Below are positions 45,809-58,065 of a DNA stretch of 64,000 nucleotides, in pieces. The notes beneath the pieces were generated by a model. It saw only the letters and a program-made list of their open reading frames with translations. It was not told where the DNA came from and searched no databases. Numbering within the stretch: position 1 is the first letter of the stretch; every line of letters begins with the position of its first letter. A program made the position numbers and the translations under genes. This DNA comes from Mayamaea pseudoterrestris (lineage: Eukaryota), in the NCBI GenBank assembly GCA_027923505.1, contig BROI01000016.1, positions 248,001-312,000 of the forward strand, written 5' to 3'.

Positions 45809-48800
45809 ATGTCGAGCAACATGTACGATGGCTTTGACCAGGACAATATGGAGGTTAGTGCAAGAGTTTCGCCGCGATTTTCACTGCCGCAGGAAGCCTT
45901 CGTTGAATGGAAAACGCTGCCAGATTTCTATCAATTTTGGTAGTTTCGTCAAAGTTTCTTATCAAATGCATTGATATATTGCTTCATGGAGGATGCTGTG
46001 TGAAGAATTAATTGTTTCGTTGCTTGGATGGTTGCATTCGAAAGGGTCGTGTTCCAAGCCTCATGGTGGCGGCGCGGTTGCAGCGCCTGCGGACCTCGCT
46101 TGACTGTGGGCTAGAGTGTACATGTGTCGGAGTGTGACTTGAAAAAGTAGATCCGAGTGATTGCCGAGGCACGCTTCCGTCTTTCTCTGTGGTTTTCTAT
46201 ATTGGAACAACCTTGCTAACCTACTCTATCTCGTTACTCTTTAATAATGCAGAACGAGGATGACATGGCGGCGCTCGGCAGCATTCTTTCCTGGGACGAC
46301 GATGAGGAACGAAGTCGCAACGAGATTATCAATCAGCCGTCGTCTTCCTCCTCCAAGCAAGGCGGCAGCAATCACAACAATCGATCCTCGCTGTCCGACA
46401 TGCCGCAGTTCAGTACGGCGAGCAATCACAGCGAAAATATGAAGGATGAAATGGGAGATTTGTCGTTCCTGCAATTGTTTGGAGGTAATATGGACAATAA
46501 TAATGCTCAGGTAGCAGCAGGAGCAGCTACCAATGGTAACGATGGTCAGCAGCAGCAGCAGCAGCAGCAGCAGCATCAACTGCAAATGCCGAGTCAAGAC
46601 TTCTCGTCGTCGCAGCTCGATTCGAACCAGCAGAATCAAAACCAAGATTCCAACTTTACGCAGCAGTTCGCCTCCTTGCAGCACTTGCTGCAGCAGAATC
46701 AGCAGCAGCAACCACCTGGACAGAATCAGCAGCAGCAGATTCCGACGCAGCAACAGTACGCCATGCTCCAGCAACAAGCGCAGCAAGCCGGCGGAAACCC
46801 GCAGCAGAGCGCCGTGTCGAACCAAATTGCCCAATTTGTCGCGCAGCAAGCCTTGTCCATGCTGCAGCAAAACCAGCACGCCGAAACGCAGCGCAAGGAG
46901 CAGGAAAAGGCGCAACAGCAGGAGCAAGCCAGACAGCAGCAACAGGCGCAAGCCATGAGCACCATGTCCATGCTGCAGCAGAATCTTCAGCGCGCCATGC
47001 AGCAGCAGCAAACGCAATTCGCCGAAGGCAAGACGCAGCAGGGACAGCCGGACGCGACTGTGGTTCAGCAGTTGCAGCAAGCGGCGGCTGCTCAACAACA
47101 ACAGCAACAGCCGTTTGGTGGCAATACCAACATTAACGATCCAAGCAGCTTCTTGCAGCAACTCCAGCTGGCGCAGCTTCAGCAGCAGTTCCAGGCGGCG
47201 CAGCAGCAAGGAAACCCTGGTCAAGTTCCCGGCCTGGCGCAACAACAGCAACAGCAACTACCAGGAGCGCCGGCCATGCCAAACAGTCAAGCCACGGCGA
47301 TTCAGCAGCAGCAGCTCCAGGCACTTGCCACTGCCATTCGCTCGCAGCAGCAGTTTCAGCAGCAAATTCCGCAAGCCATGCAGGATCAGCTAAAGCAGCA
47401 GTACGCGCAAGTCGCCGGCAATGTTCAGATTCAAGCTCCTTTTTCATCGTCGGTGGCACCAGCGTTTGACAACAAGCCGTCGGCGTCGAAAAAGAGCAAG
47501 GCTGGATTGAAAAAGTCGGCATCGTCCGCGTCGGACAAGGATGCGCCCGACGAGCAACGATCGTCCGGCACCAGCACAACTTCCATGGCCGCCACGGGGC
47601 TTGTTTCGGCCAGTGACACTGACTATGACAAGAAGCCAAAGAGTAAGGGATCTGCCAAGCGTGGAGACGATGACGACGACGATGATGAACCAGAGGAAGA
47701 CGATGAGATTGACATGAGCAACCTGACGCCGGAGGAGCGGGCGCACATGAACCGCGAGCGCAACAAGGAGCATGCTCGCAATACGCGGCTGCGCAAAAAG
47801 GCTTACTTGGAAAAGCTCAAGGCGACGGTGGACGACTTGTGCAAGGAGCGCAACACGCTCGTTTCGGAGCGAGCGAGTGCGGCGAGTCTCTTGGTGGAGA
47901 TGCACGACACGCGGACGGAGGTGCTCATGTCGTTCTTTGCGCTTCGATCAACGAACGAGAAGCGACGTCACTTGTGGGCAAGCATTTTGGACGAGAGTTG
48001 CTTTGCCTGCATCATGCCAATCACTCCGTATCGATCCTTTCCGGCGAGTGAAATGCAAGTGTCCAAGTGTCAGCGAACGATTTTGGGGATTGACGGTATC
48101 ATGGGCGATACTTCATCTCTGCACGTACTGTTTGCGTCGCTGGTGGATCGCATTCGTGCACCACTGGGAAAAATTGAATTTCGATACACTCTTGTTGCGG
48201 AGGAAGCTGTCGTTGCTGGCAATCAAATGATGGCGCGATGGGTCATGTCGACGACCAACGCGATGCAGTGCGGGGCCAAGATGGAAGTGTACAAGCAAGG
48301 AATGCTATGCAGTCGGTTCAACAGTAGCCACAAGATTGTCGGGCTTGAGCTCATGTTTGACGTCATGGCGTTCATGTTGCAGTTAAAGCAAGCGGCTGGA
48401 GTCGAAAGCTTCACTGTTGTTCCCAACACGGCGCACACTTGCCAACGAACGTTTGACAAGCCCGTCGTCATGACGGCTGCAGATCCTCCCTACACTATCG
48501 TGCAAGTGAACAAGCTTTGGGAGGAAATGACTGGTTACACTGCCGACGAAGTGGTCGGCAAGGCGTCATGTGCTATTCTGCAAGGCGCAAGGACGGACCG
48601 AAAGACGACCGAGGACATGATGACGGAGGTTCGGTTCAAGCGGGCTACCTACGCTTGCGTTATAAACTACAAGAAGTCGGGCGAAGCATTTCGAAACCAC
48701 TTGTGTTTGTATCCATTAAGCACGGATTCAAGAATAGCTCACTATTTGGCAATTACAGAACATTCCGATGATGGCGAATCTTCGAATGCGAATGCCATGC

Positions 48801-48994
48801 AGCTCCAAACAGCGTCACCGACTGCACTGCCGCTCTTCTCCATGTTTCAACAAGGCGGCCATCAACCTTCCAACGGCATGATGGCAGTCGTCCATCCGAA
48901 TCAGCAAGCGCCGATGATGGGAGGCAACATGAACATGGCACTCTTCGCTGGCAGCGACGCTGGCAACAAACGCTCTCATGACAGTGGTCGTTAA
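45809..48994 (+). CDS. bZIP-PAS transcription factor with polyQ N-terminus; exons 45809-45853, 46253-48994
   Basis: bZIP RERNKEHARNTRLRKKAYLEKL; C-terminal PAS VNKLWEEMTGYTADEVVGKASCAILQG..INYKKSG; upstream mini-exon splices in frame (E|N). Confidence 0.88.
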
Positions 48995-49217
48995 CATCCA
49001 TTGCTTGAAACGTTTGAACGTCTCTATCGCTATGACACTTGTTTAAATTTGTTTTACGTCATGACATTACGAGCGAATACTAAGCGCCCTTGCTTTATTT
49101 ACGTTACGTAAGCTTGTGGAGTATGAACCTACTATCTATTTGTCTACTATGCGTAGGCATTGCATACATGTAAACCTTGCACAAAGAAGTCGTATTCAGT
49201 TATAAATTCGCGTGCAA

Positions 49218-52200
49218 TTACAACACCTCGCCCAAGAACCATGAAGACATTGGAAGGTCCTCCTTCTCCTTTGTTTGCGGAACAACTTGTGAGAAACCCA
49301 CAGCACTCACCGGACTTGGCGTTGGAGTCACACTCGACGGATAAAGTAATGGTGCTTCATCCAGCGATACCGCTTCATAATTGATTGGTATCGCACATTC
49401 CATGGCAGCCGGAATGGGAGGTCCAAACCAAGTTGTAGCAAGCGTATCTTCGACGCGAGCTCGCTCCGTCGTCTTGTTGGGTTCCAAGTCATGATGTGCC
49501 ACTGCAACGAAAGGGTTGGTCGTTATAATAGGAGTTGGCGCCTGATTTGCTTCGCTATCGTCCATATGATGCGATGGGTTGCAGCTATTGGCACATTTGC
49601 CTGCATTCTGGCAGCTGACTTGGTCACTAATACACTTAACCCCGCTCACGGCATCGGCATTATGGACTGTTTCGTTTTGAGCAAATAATTCCGTCGACTC
49701 TGCCTCGTCAAAAACCTCGATGGAAGGAGAGAGAACGTTCTCAGCAAATGATGACGATGCATTGAAGTCGAGTGACGGAACAGAGCCCTCGAGTAAGCGC
49801 TGTTGATCGCCGGCCTCAGTAGTTGACGTGTCTGGCTTGGCCGAATCGCTTCCGTTTCTCATGTCAAGCTTGCTAGCGTCCGGCAAGCGAGCAGAATGGT
49901 CTAAGCGGACCACCTTCCTGGACGTAAATGGAGTCACGTCAAGATCCGGCGTTGCTGCGGCAGAAACATCGCCGAATTGCGACGAGTCGGCACCATCGTC
50001 TGCTTGTGATGCAACTATTGATTGGTTTGGTAAGTCCTCCTCCATCGACACTAGACGGGCATCAGCAATTTCAACGCGCGACTCTAGCACTGCCTCGACT
50101 CTTGACCGGTTGGGTAAGTCCTCCTCCATCGACATAGGAAGGGCATCAGCAATTTCAACGCGCGACTGGTTCACTACCTCGGATTCAAATTCAAAACATT
50201 CTAGTGGAGCGACTGTTGGTATCCTTGCGGTGTGGTCCACATAAGACCGTTTCATGGTTGTAAATGGAGTCACGTCAAGCTCTTGTCGTTCGGTGCAGAC
50301 ACTGTCACCTTCCAATGTGTTATCCCCTTCAACAGCTGCGTTCTTTTCTTCGTCTATGGCATGCAACGCCTCAGATTCAAGTTCGAAACATTCCAGTGGA
50401 GTGACTGTCGGCATCCTTGCGGTGTGATCCACATAAGCACGCTTCATGGTTGTGAATGGAGTCACGTCAAGCTCTTGTTCATCGGCGCAGACACTGTCAC
50501 CTGCCATTGCGATCGCGTTATCACCTCCAACAGCTGCATTCTTTCCTTCGTCTATGGCATGCAACGCCTCAGATTCAAGTTCGAAACATTCCAGTGGAGT
50601 GACTGTCGGCATCCTAGCGGTGTGATCCACATAAGCACGTTTCATTGTTGTGAATGGAGTCACGTCAAGCTCTCGTCTATCGGCGCCGACACTGTCACCT
50701 GCCAATGCAACTGCGTTCACCCCTTCGACCGCTGCATTATTTTCTTCGTCTATGGCAGCAGCACTCTGATCATCAGCAACAACGGCACCGCTTATCTCCG
50801 CTTTTTGAATTGAATCATTTGGCGGAATGTCCCCCAGTTCAACGGGCAAATCATTATTTTGGGAACATCCTTGACCGTGTGCTGAACCAAGAGGCAACGC
50901 AATATCCTCGCAGATTTTGGTATCTTCTCGCTTTATAGTTGATGCGGTCCTCTCCGAAACTATCAAAGACAACGGCGATGTAACACATTTTGCGCTTTTC
51001 TTCTTCTCGCGCTTAAACTTTTTGTCTACATGGTGACCTTGCTCATCAATAGTAAAGACGGTTGGTTGGCTCCTCTTTGTTTTGTCGCCGATAAATGGTG
51101 TCATAGTCACCACTGTAGCTGCTACATCCATGCCACACGAATTCCATTCACAGCTTTTACATGCGACAGGCTCTGACATATTGTCCAATCGTAGTGAATG
51201 GCATCGAGCAATACTTCTCTCCTCGCGCTGACTCTCAGTTTGGCTTGGCAATTCATTATCTACTTTTACGGATGATGGGATGTCTTTTACGAAGCCAATC
51301 TCAGCCTTGAGCTCGCGTGCATCTTCGTCGACGTCATCGCCTCGAACTTCATGCGGTTCACTTGCTTCGGATTGGCTCGCAAGCTCGAGCGCAATCTGCT
51401 CTTGGTGGCTCACCACATCTTTATTTGAGTGCTTCAAAATGACGTGGTTCTCTAGTCGCTCAATCCATAGCCTCATTATTTCAATTTGTGTCTCCACCAC
51501 CTGCGTGAAGCCTCCTGTCGGAATAAATACGCATGTTGGTTAGAACTGGCGATTGACTGACAACGTAAGAAACAAAATTTTAGCACTTACCAGCTTCGAA
51601 AATCTCGTGAAGGTCAGCCCAATCGCCCCAGAACTTGGCATATTTCTTGTAGACCACAAAGACAAGTGGATGCGCCATGCCGCCGAGATCGGCAGTCAGC
51701 TCAGCATAAGTTGCGCCGTCAGTACTTTCAGACACGACGGTAAATTCATTGTCTTCCTGCTTGAGCAACCCAACCGCCTTGTCTGTGCGAACCTTGACAC
51801 GATAATCTTTTGAATTGCCACAAACAACGAGTACTGGTGTCGTGTATGAGCTGGCAGAGAGCTTGACAACAGGAAAAGGATTGTCCTCGACAATCAAGTG
51901 CGACGTAAGGGGCGCCACGACGCTCGCAACGCTGGCGGCTGCTGTATGCCGGTCAATTACCCCTGACGGCGCTTCCACCGCTCTTTCTACCGCGTGATCA
52001 GAAATATCGCGTGGAGTGGGTGCGTCAATTGCTTCAGTATTCGCCTCGGCTGTATGGCCATCAGATAAGTTATCACAGACAACGCGTGCAGAATCAGTTT
52101 CATCGAGAATCTGATCATCATGAAGTTCTATATCGTGTTGATCATTAAAGCCATTCGAATCGTCGACTTCTGGTACAGTATGACTCACTGAATCGGCTGC

Positions 52201-53712
52201 AGCATCATACTCGACCGTTCCTCCAGCAGGCATGCCCCCTTTATGGGTTCCGACAACAGTTATATCAAGAGTAGCATCGACTGAGTCTTGACTATTGGAC
52301 ATAGCATCTTGAATCGCATGTTCATGGCTAATTATATTCGGATCAAGAGGTGTAACTTCCAAAGTTTTACTATTTGTTTTGACGTCGTCAACGTCGTTGA
52401 GGTCGTTGGAAGTCATGAGCGCACTGGCACACCCAGCTTTTGCAAACTGGTTCCATGGGTTGTCATCGCCGCAGCCACCTTGCTCCACTTTTCGAGCTTC
52501 AGCTTCAAGCCACTTCTTGGTGTCGTTATCCTTCGTTTGCTTTATTTGGGTCTGTATCTCTATCACTCGCTCGTCAATCAACGACTGAAACTTGTTGTTG
52601 TGAAACAACTTTTGAAAGTCGGTCCAATCCGCCAAGTACTGCGCATGCCCGTCCACGTGACAAAACAGTATTGGATACAACAAGCCCCACTTGTTGGCCA
52701 TGAGCTCATTCACCAGCTGTTGGTCGCTTTCCTGCGTCATGATGGCAAACTTGATGTGCGCGTCGTGCAGCAGACGCATCGTCGTTTCCTGGCGCGCCTT
52801 GACGGCGCCGCGCGCAACCGTCAAGACCATGAGCACTTGCGTCGCGTATTTGCAGTTTGACAGCGATATGAGCGGGTTATCGTCGTCGTCGTCCTTTGGT
52901 TGCGTGGGATCCGACGACTTGCCCGAAACAACTGTATGCGAATGCAACGAATGGTCTGAGGTCGCTGACGGTGGCTCGACGGAAAAGGAGCCTATCGCAG
53001 CTCCGTCGCAACACATCTGTAAATTGCCTTCGTCACGATTTGAGGTTTCTCTATCAACTGACATGTTTGCCTTGAGCGGTCGATCCTTGAGCAGCAAACT
53101 CGCTCGACTGACAATCTGCTTGGTGCAAGACTCCCATGGAATAGTCTCCGAGGTTTCGGCTGCTAATTCCAGCGCCGCGTCGTCGTCGTCATGGGAACAA
53201 GTACGACTAAGATTCAAATCGCTAGTCGTCGTTGACGCAAGCCTTGCGATTTCTGGTGGACCAAACGGCAAGTCTGGTGCCAATGTTGTAGCATTATGCC
53301 ATGTGAGCAAGCCCTCTGCCTCTGCAGCCTCCGCCTCATTTTCCTCCAAACCAAAACTACTCCAGGCAGCAGCATTATTCTTCTGCTTGTCATTTCCAAC
53401 AGCTTGTAGCGACTGCTGATTGTCATTGATAATGGCGAGATTGGTGGTGGCGTTTTGAAGGTACAAGTCCAGTCGCGCCGTGGTCGATAATGTCGACGAG
53501 CTACTACTGCTGCTGCTGCTCGATGCCACGGATCCATTGGACGAAGCGAGGGATAGCGTCGTGTCGAGTGTATCTGGCGCAAGTATGTGTTGCTTGATGG
53601 TTCTCGGAGGAGTGACGAGAAACGTTGTTACTGTTGCCAAATGCTGCTTGGTTGGCGAAAGGGTTTCCACTGGAGAATCTTGCTGCTGCTGCTGCATGTT
53701 ACTACTGCTCAT
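49218..53712 (-). CDS. Large acidic protein with two SH3BGR/glutaredoxin-like modules and 66-aa repeats; exons 53712-51591, 51514-49218
   Basis: Two segments ending YPILF..YLADWTDF and HPLVF..FWGDWADL. The 76-nt GTAAGT..CAG intron joins the ORFs in frame. Confidence 0.7.
50185..50757 (-). repeat. Coding tandem repeat, 198-bp unit x3
   Basis: GTCTATGGC recurs at 50352, 50550 and 50748; unit AIDE..ELDVTPFTTMKRAYVDHTARMPTVTPLECFELESE. Confidence 0.92.
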
Positions 53713-54041
53713 GCTTTAGTGTTTCTTCTTTTGTTACACTATCAAGCCTTGCGCTACTCTTTACCTCTACTTGATCCCGGAGCAAGCAAGCAAGAAGGCA
53801 AGAAATTATCCGACTCCCACTGCCGGCGAAATTTTGAATCGCAAAAGTGTCACACAGAATGACCATGACCGCGCGCCGGCCGGTTCAAAATGACCGGAAG
53901 AAATGACTCTTAAGCAATACTAGGCGAGTGTGCTCCGCGCAAAATTCTCGGGGCCGCTCGTTGCAACAATCTTGACCATGGCGAGCAATGAACCATCGGC
54001 TGTGAGCACCTTCATCTTCGTCATCTGATCCCGCCAGCAGC

Positions 54042-56444
54042 ATGACGTCTACTAATACAAACGAATCTCCTCTTCCTCCTACTGATTCAGAAGAAACCAA
54101 GCAGCAAATTCCAAAGAAGAAGACCAAACCTCCGCTTCCGCCGCTGCCAGCCAGTCTCGTGACATCGATTTGCATCGTCCAGGCGGCGCTCAACGTCGTC
54201 CTGGGGCGCCACGATAGCAGCAGTGAAAATGACGAACCGATGACTATCATGCGGACATATTTGAAGGACGCTCCGGCGCTGACGGCCAAGTTCGTGTTGC
54301 GGATACCAGCGGATGCATTGGAAATTGAACGTAACAACGACGTCACTAAATGCATTGGCAATGAACTACTGCGTCACCACGGAGCGGCCGATTTGCTGCG
54401 AGACGCGTTAACTGAATTCATCAAGGAACTGATTGCCAAGAATATCAATATTTTCGTTTTTGAGAGTGACGATGCGGCAGCAGCAGCAGCAGCAGGAAGT
54501 AGCAACGATGATGCCTCACATACTGCTGCACCAAATGCCAATGCCAATCAGCCGCAGCAGCAACTACACCAAGTCTACTTGTCTGATTTCAATTTCGTCA
54601 CGACGCTAGCCGGTCACCCGACCAAGTCGACGCAGACGGGCGTTGTCGACGTACAAATTACGGAATGTCAGCTGCGCGTGGCAAAAAAGAGCGCTAGTCG
54701 CAACGCATCCAAGGCAGCCTCGAAAAAGCTGCAGGACTATGAGCTTGCCGTCAAGATTCATGTCATTCAAAGTAGTAGTCATGATGGAAATGACGAAGAA
54801 GCTACAACTAGTGATGCTACAAGTGCCAATGCACCATTGTTTGCCGTTCCCAACGAGTGGCTGGCTCCCTGCATAAGCCAGAGTGAGATTGAAAACAGCG
54901 CTGCCAGATCAAACGACACCGTGAAAGTGGCGGCAAGCAATGTTTTGCGCGAGCAACTGCTGGCGCTGCAGCAAGACGAAGAACGAGCGGCGGCGGAATC
55001 GACTGCATCGAATGCAGTAGCAGCGATAACGTTGGAGGACAAGGAGCCATTATCTGCTGCTGCTACAATATCAAGCGAACCCAGTCAAGCTGACGACGAC
55101 AAGCAACAACTAGCCGACGACGACACCATGGTCGTCAACATTGAAACCGTTTCGGGCAAGATTGACTATACGCGGCTGGTCGAAAACTTTGGCTCCTCGC
55201 TGCTCACGCCAGACTTGCTGCAGCGCCTGGGCAAGATGTCCAAGCTGCCGCTGCATCGGTTTCTGAGACGCAACATTTTCTTTTCGCACCGCGACTTGGA
55301 TTTGCTGCTAAACGTGTTGGAGCAGCATGCTGATGCAGCAACTGTGGGAACTACATCTCCTTCTTCTGCAGCACCACCACCCTTCTACTTGTACACTGGT
55401 CGGGGTCCATCGAGCGAAAGCATGCACATGGGACACTTGATTCCCTTTTTATTCACCAAGTGGCTGCAGGATGCCTTTGGCGTGCCACTCGTTGTGCAAA
55501 TGACGGATGACGAAAAATTCTTGTTCAAGGGCACATACTCGCACGAGGAGGGAGACAATTTGGATAACTTTAGACGACTGACTATGGAGAATGCCAAGGA
55601 TATCATTGCGTGCGGATTTGATCGCAGCAAGACCTTTTTGTTTAGTGACTTGGACTATGTTGGCACCATGTATCCAAACATTGTTCGCATTTGGAAGGCG
55701 GCCACGACGAACACCGTCAACAGCATGTTTGGTTTCGACGGAAGCAGCAACGTTGGCAAGCTGGCCTTTCCGGCCATTCAGGCGGCGCCGGCCTTTGCCA
55801 GTTCGTTTCCAATTGTTCTTGGTGGTGGAGGAGGAAACAGCGAGCAGCAGCAAGCGACACAAACGGCTGCAAGCGGCAATACGGACAATATGGTTTGCTT
55901 GATTCCATGCGCCATCGACCAAGACCCGTACTTTCGCTTGACGCGCGATGTGGCGCACAAGCTTGTCGCACCGCCCGCTGTACGCAAGGCGCGCCGCCAG
56001 CCGCCGCATCCGCTCGGCGGCAAGCCTGCCTTGATTCATTCCAAGTTCTTTCCGCCGCTCCAAGGTGCATCTGGTAAAATGAGCTCGTCGGATACCAACT
56101 CGGCAATCTTCTTGACAGACTCGCCCGACGAAATTAGCCGCAAGATCAAGCAGCACGCCTTTAGCGGCGGACAAGACACCAAAACCAAGCAACAGGAACT
56201 CGGCGCCGACTTGGAGTTGGATGTTTCGTACCAGTGGCTTCGCTTCTTTTTGGAGGATGACGAGGAACTGGCCAAGATTGCCAAGGACTATGGAAGTGGA
56301 TCGGGCGACTTTTGGAGCACGCACAAGGTCAAGGAGCGACTCATTCAAGTTTGTCAGGAACTCGTGGCGGAACATCAAGCGCGACGTGCCAAGGTGACGG
56401 ATGCGGATGTGTTGGAATGGATGCGGGAACGAAGCATCGTATAG
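54042..56444 (+). CDS. WARS1: Cytosolic-type tryptophanyl-tRNA synthetase with ~360-aa N-terminal extension
   Basis: IDYTRLVENFG, FLRRNIFFSHRD, YLYTGRGPSS..HMGH, QMTDDEKF, IPCAIDQDPYFR, KMSSS, HAFSGG. Confidence 0.96.
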   Translation: MTSTNTNESPLPPTDSEETKQQIPKKKTKPPLPPLPASLVTSICIVQAALNVVLGRHDSSSENDEPMTIMRTYLKDAPALTAKFVLRIPADALEIERNNDVTKCIGNELLRHHGAADLLRDALTEFIKELIAKNINIFVFESDDAAAAAAAGSSNDDASHTAAPNANANQPQQQLHQVYLSDFNFVTTLAGHPTKSTQTGVVDVQITECQLRVAKKSASRNASKAASKKLQDYELAVKIHVIQSSSHDGNDEEATTSDATSANAPLFAVPNEWLAPCISQSEIENSAARSNDTVKVAASNVLREQLLALQQDEERAAAESTASNAVAAITLEDKEPLSAAATISSEPSQADDDKQQLADDDTMVVNIETVSGKIDYTRLVENFGSSLLTPDLLQRLGKMSKLPLHRFLRRNIFFSHRDLDLLLNVLEQHADAATVGTTSPSSAAPPPFYLYTGRGPSSESMHMGHLIPFLFTKWLQDAFGVPLVVQMTDDEKFLFKGTYSHEEGDNLDNFRRLTMENAKDIIACGFDRSKTFLFSDLDYVGTMYPNIVRIWKAATTNTVNSMFGFDGSSNVGKLAFPAIQAAPAFASSFPIVLGGGGGNSEQQQATQTAASGNTDNMVCLIPCAIDQDPYFRLTRDVAHKLVAPPAVRKARRQPPHPLGGKPALIHSKFFPPLQGASGKMSSSDTNSAIFLTDSPDEISRKIKQHAFSGGQDTKTKQQELGADLELDVSYQWLRFFLEDDEELAKIAKDYGSGSGDFWSTHKVKERLIQVCQELVAEHQARRAKVTDADVLEWMRERSIV

Positions 56445-57013
56445 AATGTGTGCATGTGATGAGATCGGCAAGGTAGATTGGACGTTGAGAGTGATGGAGG
56501 AATCGCTACGCTTTGGATGAACCGTTTTGCAATCAGATAATTACTTAATGACATGGATATAATGTAGCAACTGCCGCTACTTGTTCTAATGTTACTTGTC
56601 GAGTGAGAAATGGATATCATGGCGAGCTTAAGTAGGTCATTTTCAGGTAGGCACAAGTTGCCGCGACCAAGGATGCAGTGTGCCGTTCCATGGCGCATGC
56701 AAAGCTCCATTAGTGCTCAGCAACATGCCCAACAAGGTTATTACATACCCTGTTTGAAATTAAATTAAAGTTGTCGCCAAGCAAGCAAAGCTCTGTTCGG
56801 ATCGACGGATAGCTAAACTTTCATTGTCCCAGCAAAACTGGTGCGACATTTTTCAGACGCTCTCCTCTTTGACACGATTGCATTTTCACAACTCACAACT
56901 TCCGTCACAAGCGACGATCCTTTCCAACATTCGACATGCCGACCTTTAGTTTGACACCTTCTTTGATCAAAGAATTTGAAATGTCTCATTGATGAAGGAA
57001 AATACGCAATAGA

Positions 57014-57906
57014 ATGGGTCAGACATCAAGCAAGTCGTCTGCTATTGCCAGCAAGCAGCAGCAGCAATTATCCGCATCAAATCGCTCTCCGTCGGCAGCC
57101 TTTGGACGGCTTCGAATCGACAGTCCAGCCGCTCATTCCGCAGCCTCTCGTCGACGAGCGTTACAGAAGCATTATAACCATGAACAGTCACCGTTGCTCA
57201 TGGTGCAGAGCAGCAGTAGCTTGCGTCAGCTCAAGACAACGCTACATCAACATCAACGCCACTCCAACAATCTTGCCGACACTGGCAAGGCGCTACCAAG
57301 TCCAAACGATGCAGCATCATTGCTACATAGCGAGTCATCCCCGCAGCTTGTCGTCTGGATCGGTCCCGCTCTAGTGTGCGCTCTCATGTACGCCCTGTAC
57401 AACATTTGCATCAAGCAGGGAAGCAACTCGATTCATCCAGTCCTGGGCGGTGTCATTCTGCAGTTTGTGGCGGCAATTTTAGGCAGCTTGCTGCTTGGTG
57501 TCATTATCTATCAAAACAGCAATGGTTTCCAGGAACTCGAGTGCGATGTCACTGGAGTAGCTTGGGCCGTTGGAGCGGGCGCGGCCGTAGGCGCGGCGGA
57601 AATACTATCGTTCATTGTCAGTGGCATGGGCGTGCAAGCCACGCAGAGTATACCAGTCATTATCGGTGGTAGCGTCTTGTTTGGAACGACATTGGGATAC
57701 ACGGTATTGAAGGAAAGCTTGTCGGGGACGGGATGGGCTGGAGTGTTTTTGATTGCCGTCGGAATTACGCTTGTTGGAATCGATCCAGGTACGTGCACAT
57801 GCGCAAGCACATGTCATGCGACGATGCAAGTTTCGACACATGAATCTTACTATATCCTTTCTACTGTCTCGAAATTCGTACAGGTGGCGCTGGGAGCGTT
57901 TATTGA
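57014..57906 (+). CDS. EamA/DMT-like small membrane transporter; exons 57014-57788, 57884-57906
   Basis: About five hydrophobic helices, ALYNICIK...LKESLS..WAGVFLIAVGITLV; GTACGT..CAG intron leads to a short terminal exon. Confidence 0.75.
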
Positions 57907-58065
57907 GCAGGTTTGTCGGCGATTGCTGAGTGAAGCTCGCACTTTTGCAGGTACGAAAGATATTATGTCACGCTAAAGTAATATCAAAGCAAGTACACGA
58001 CTTGCAAGGTTTAGTATGAACTGTTGCACTAATAGAAACAGATTGTTGACAAGTATGCAAGTCTT

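Noticed and set aside
46241..47257. 338-aa Leu-rich minus-strand ORF
   Set aside because: Antisense shadow of CAG/polyQ codons in the bZIP-PAS gene.
45809..48994. Calling this an aureochrome
   Set aside because: LOV motif is degenerate, the signalling Gln is absent, and an extra domain separates bZIP and PAS.
50185..50757. CRISPR-like array or capping-protein CPI motif
   Set aside because: Units are in-frame coding repeats without unique spacers, and DHTARMP does not fit LxHxTxxRPK spacing.
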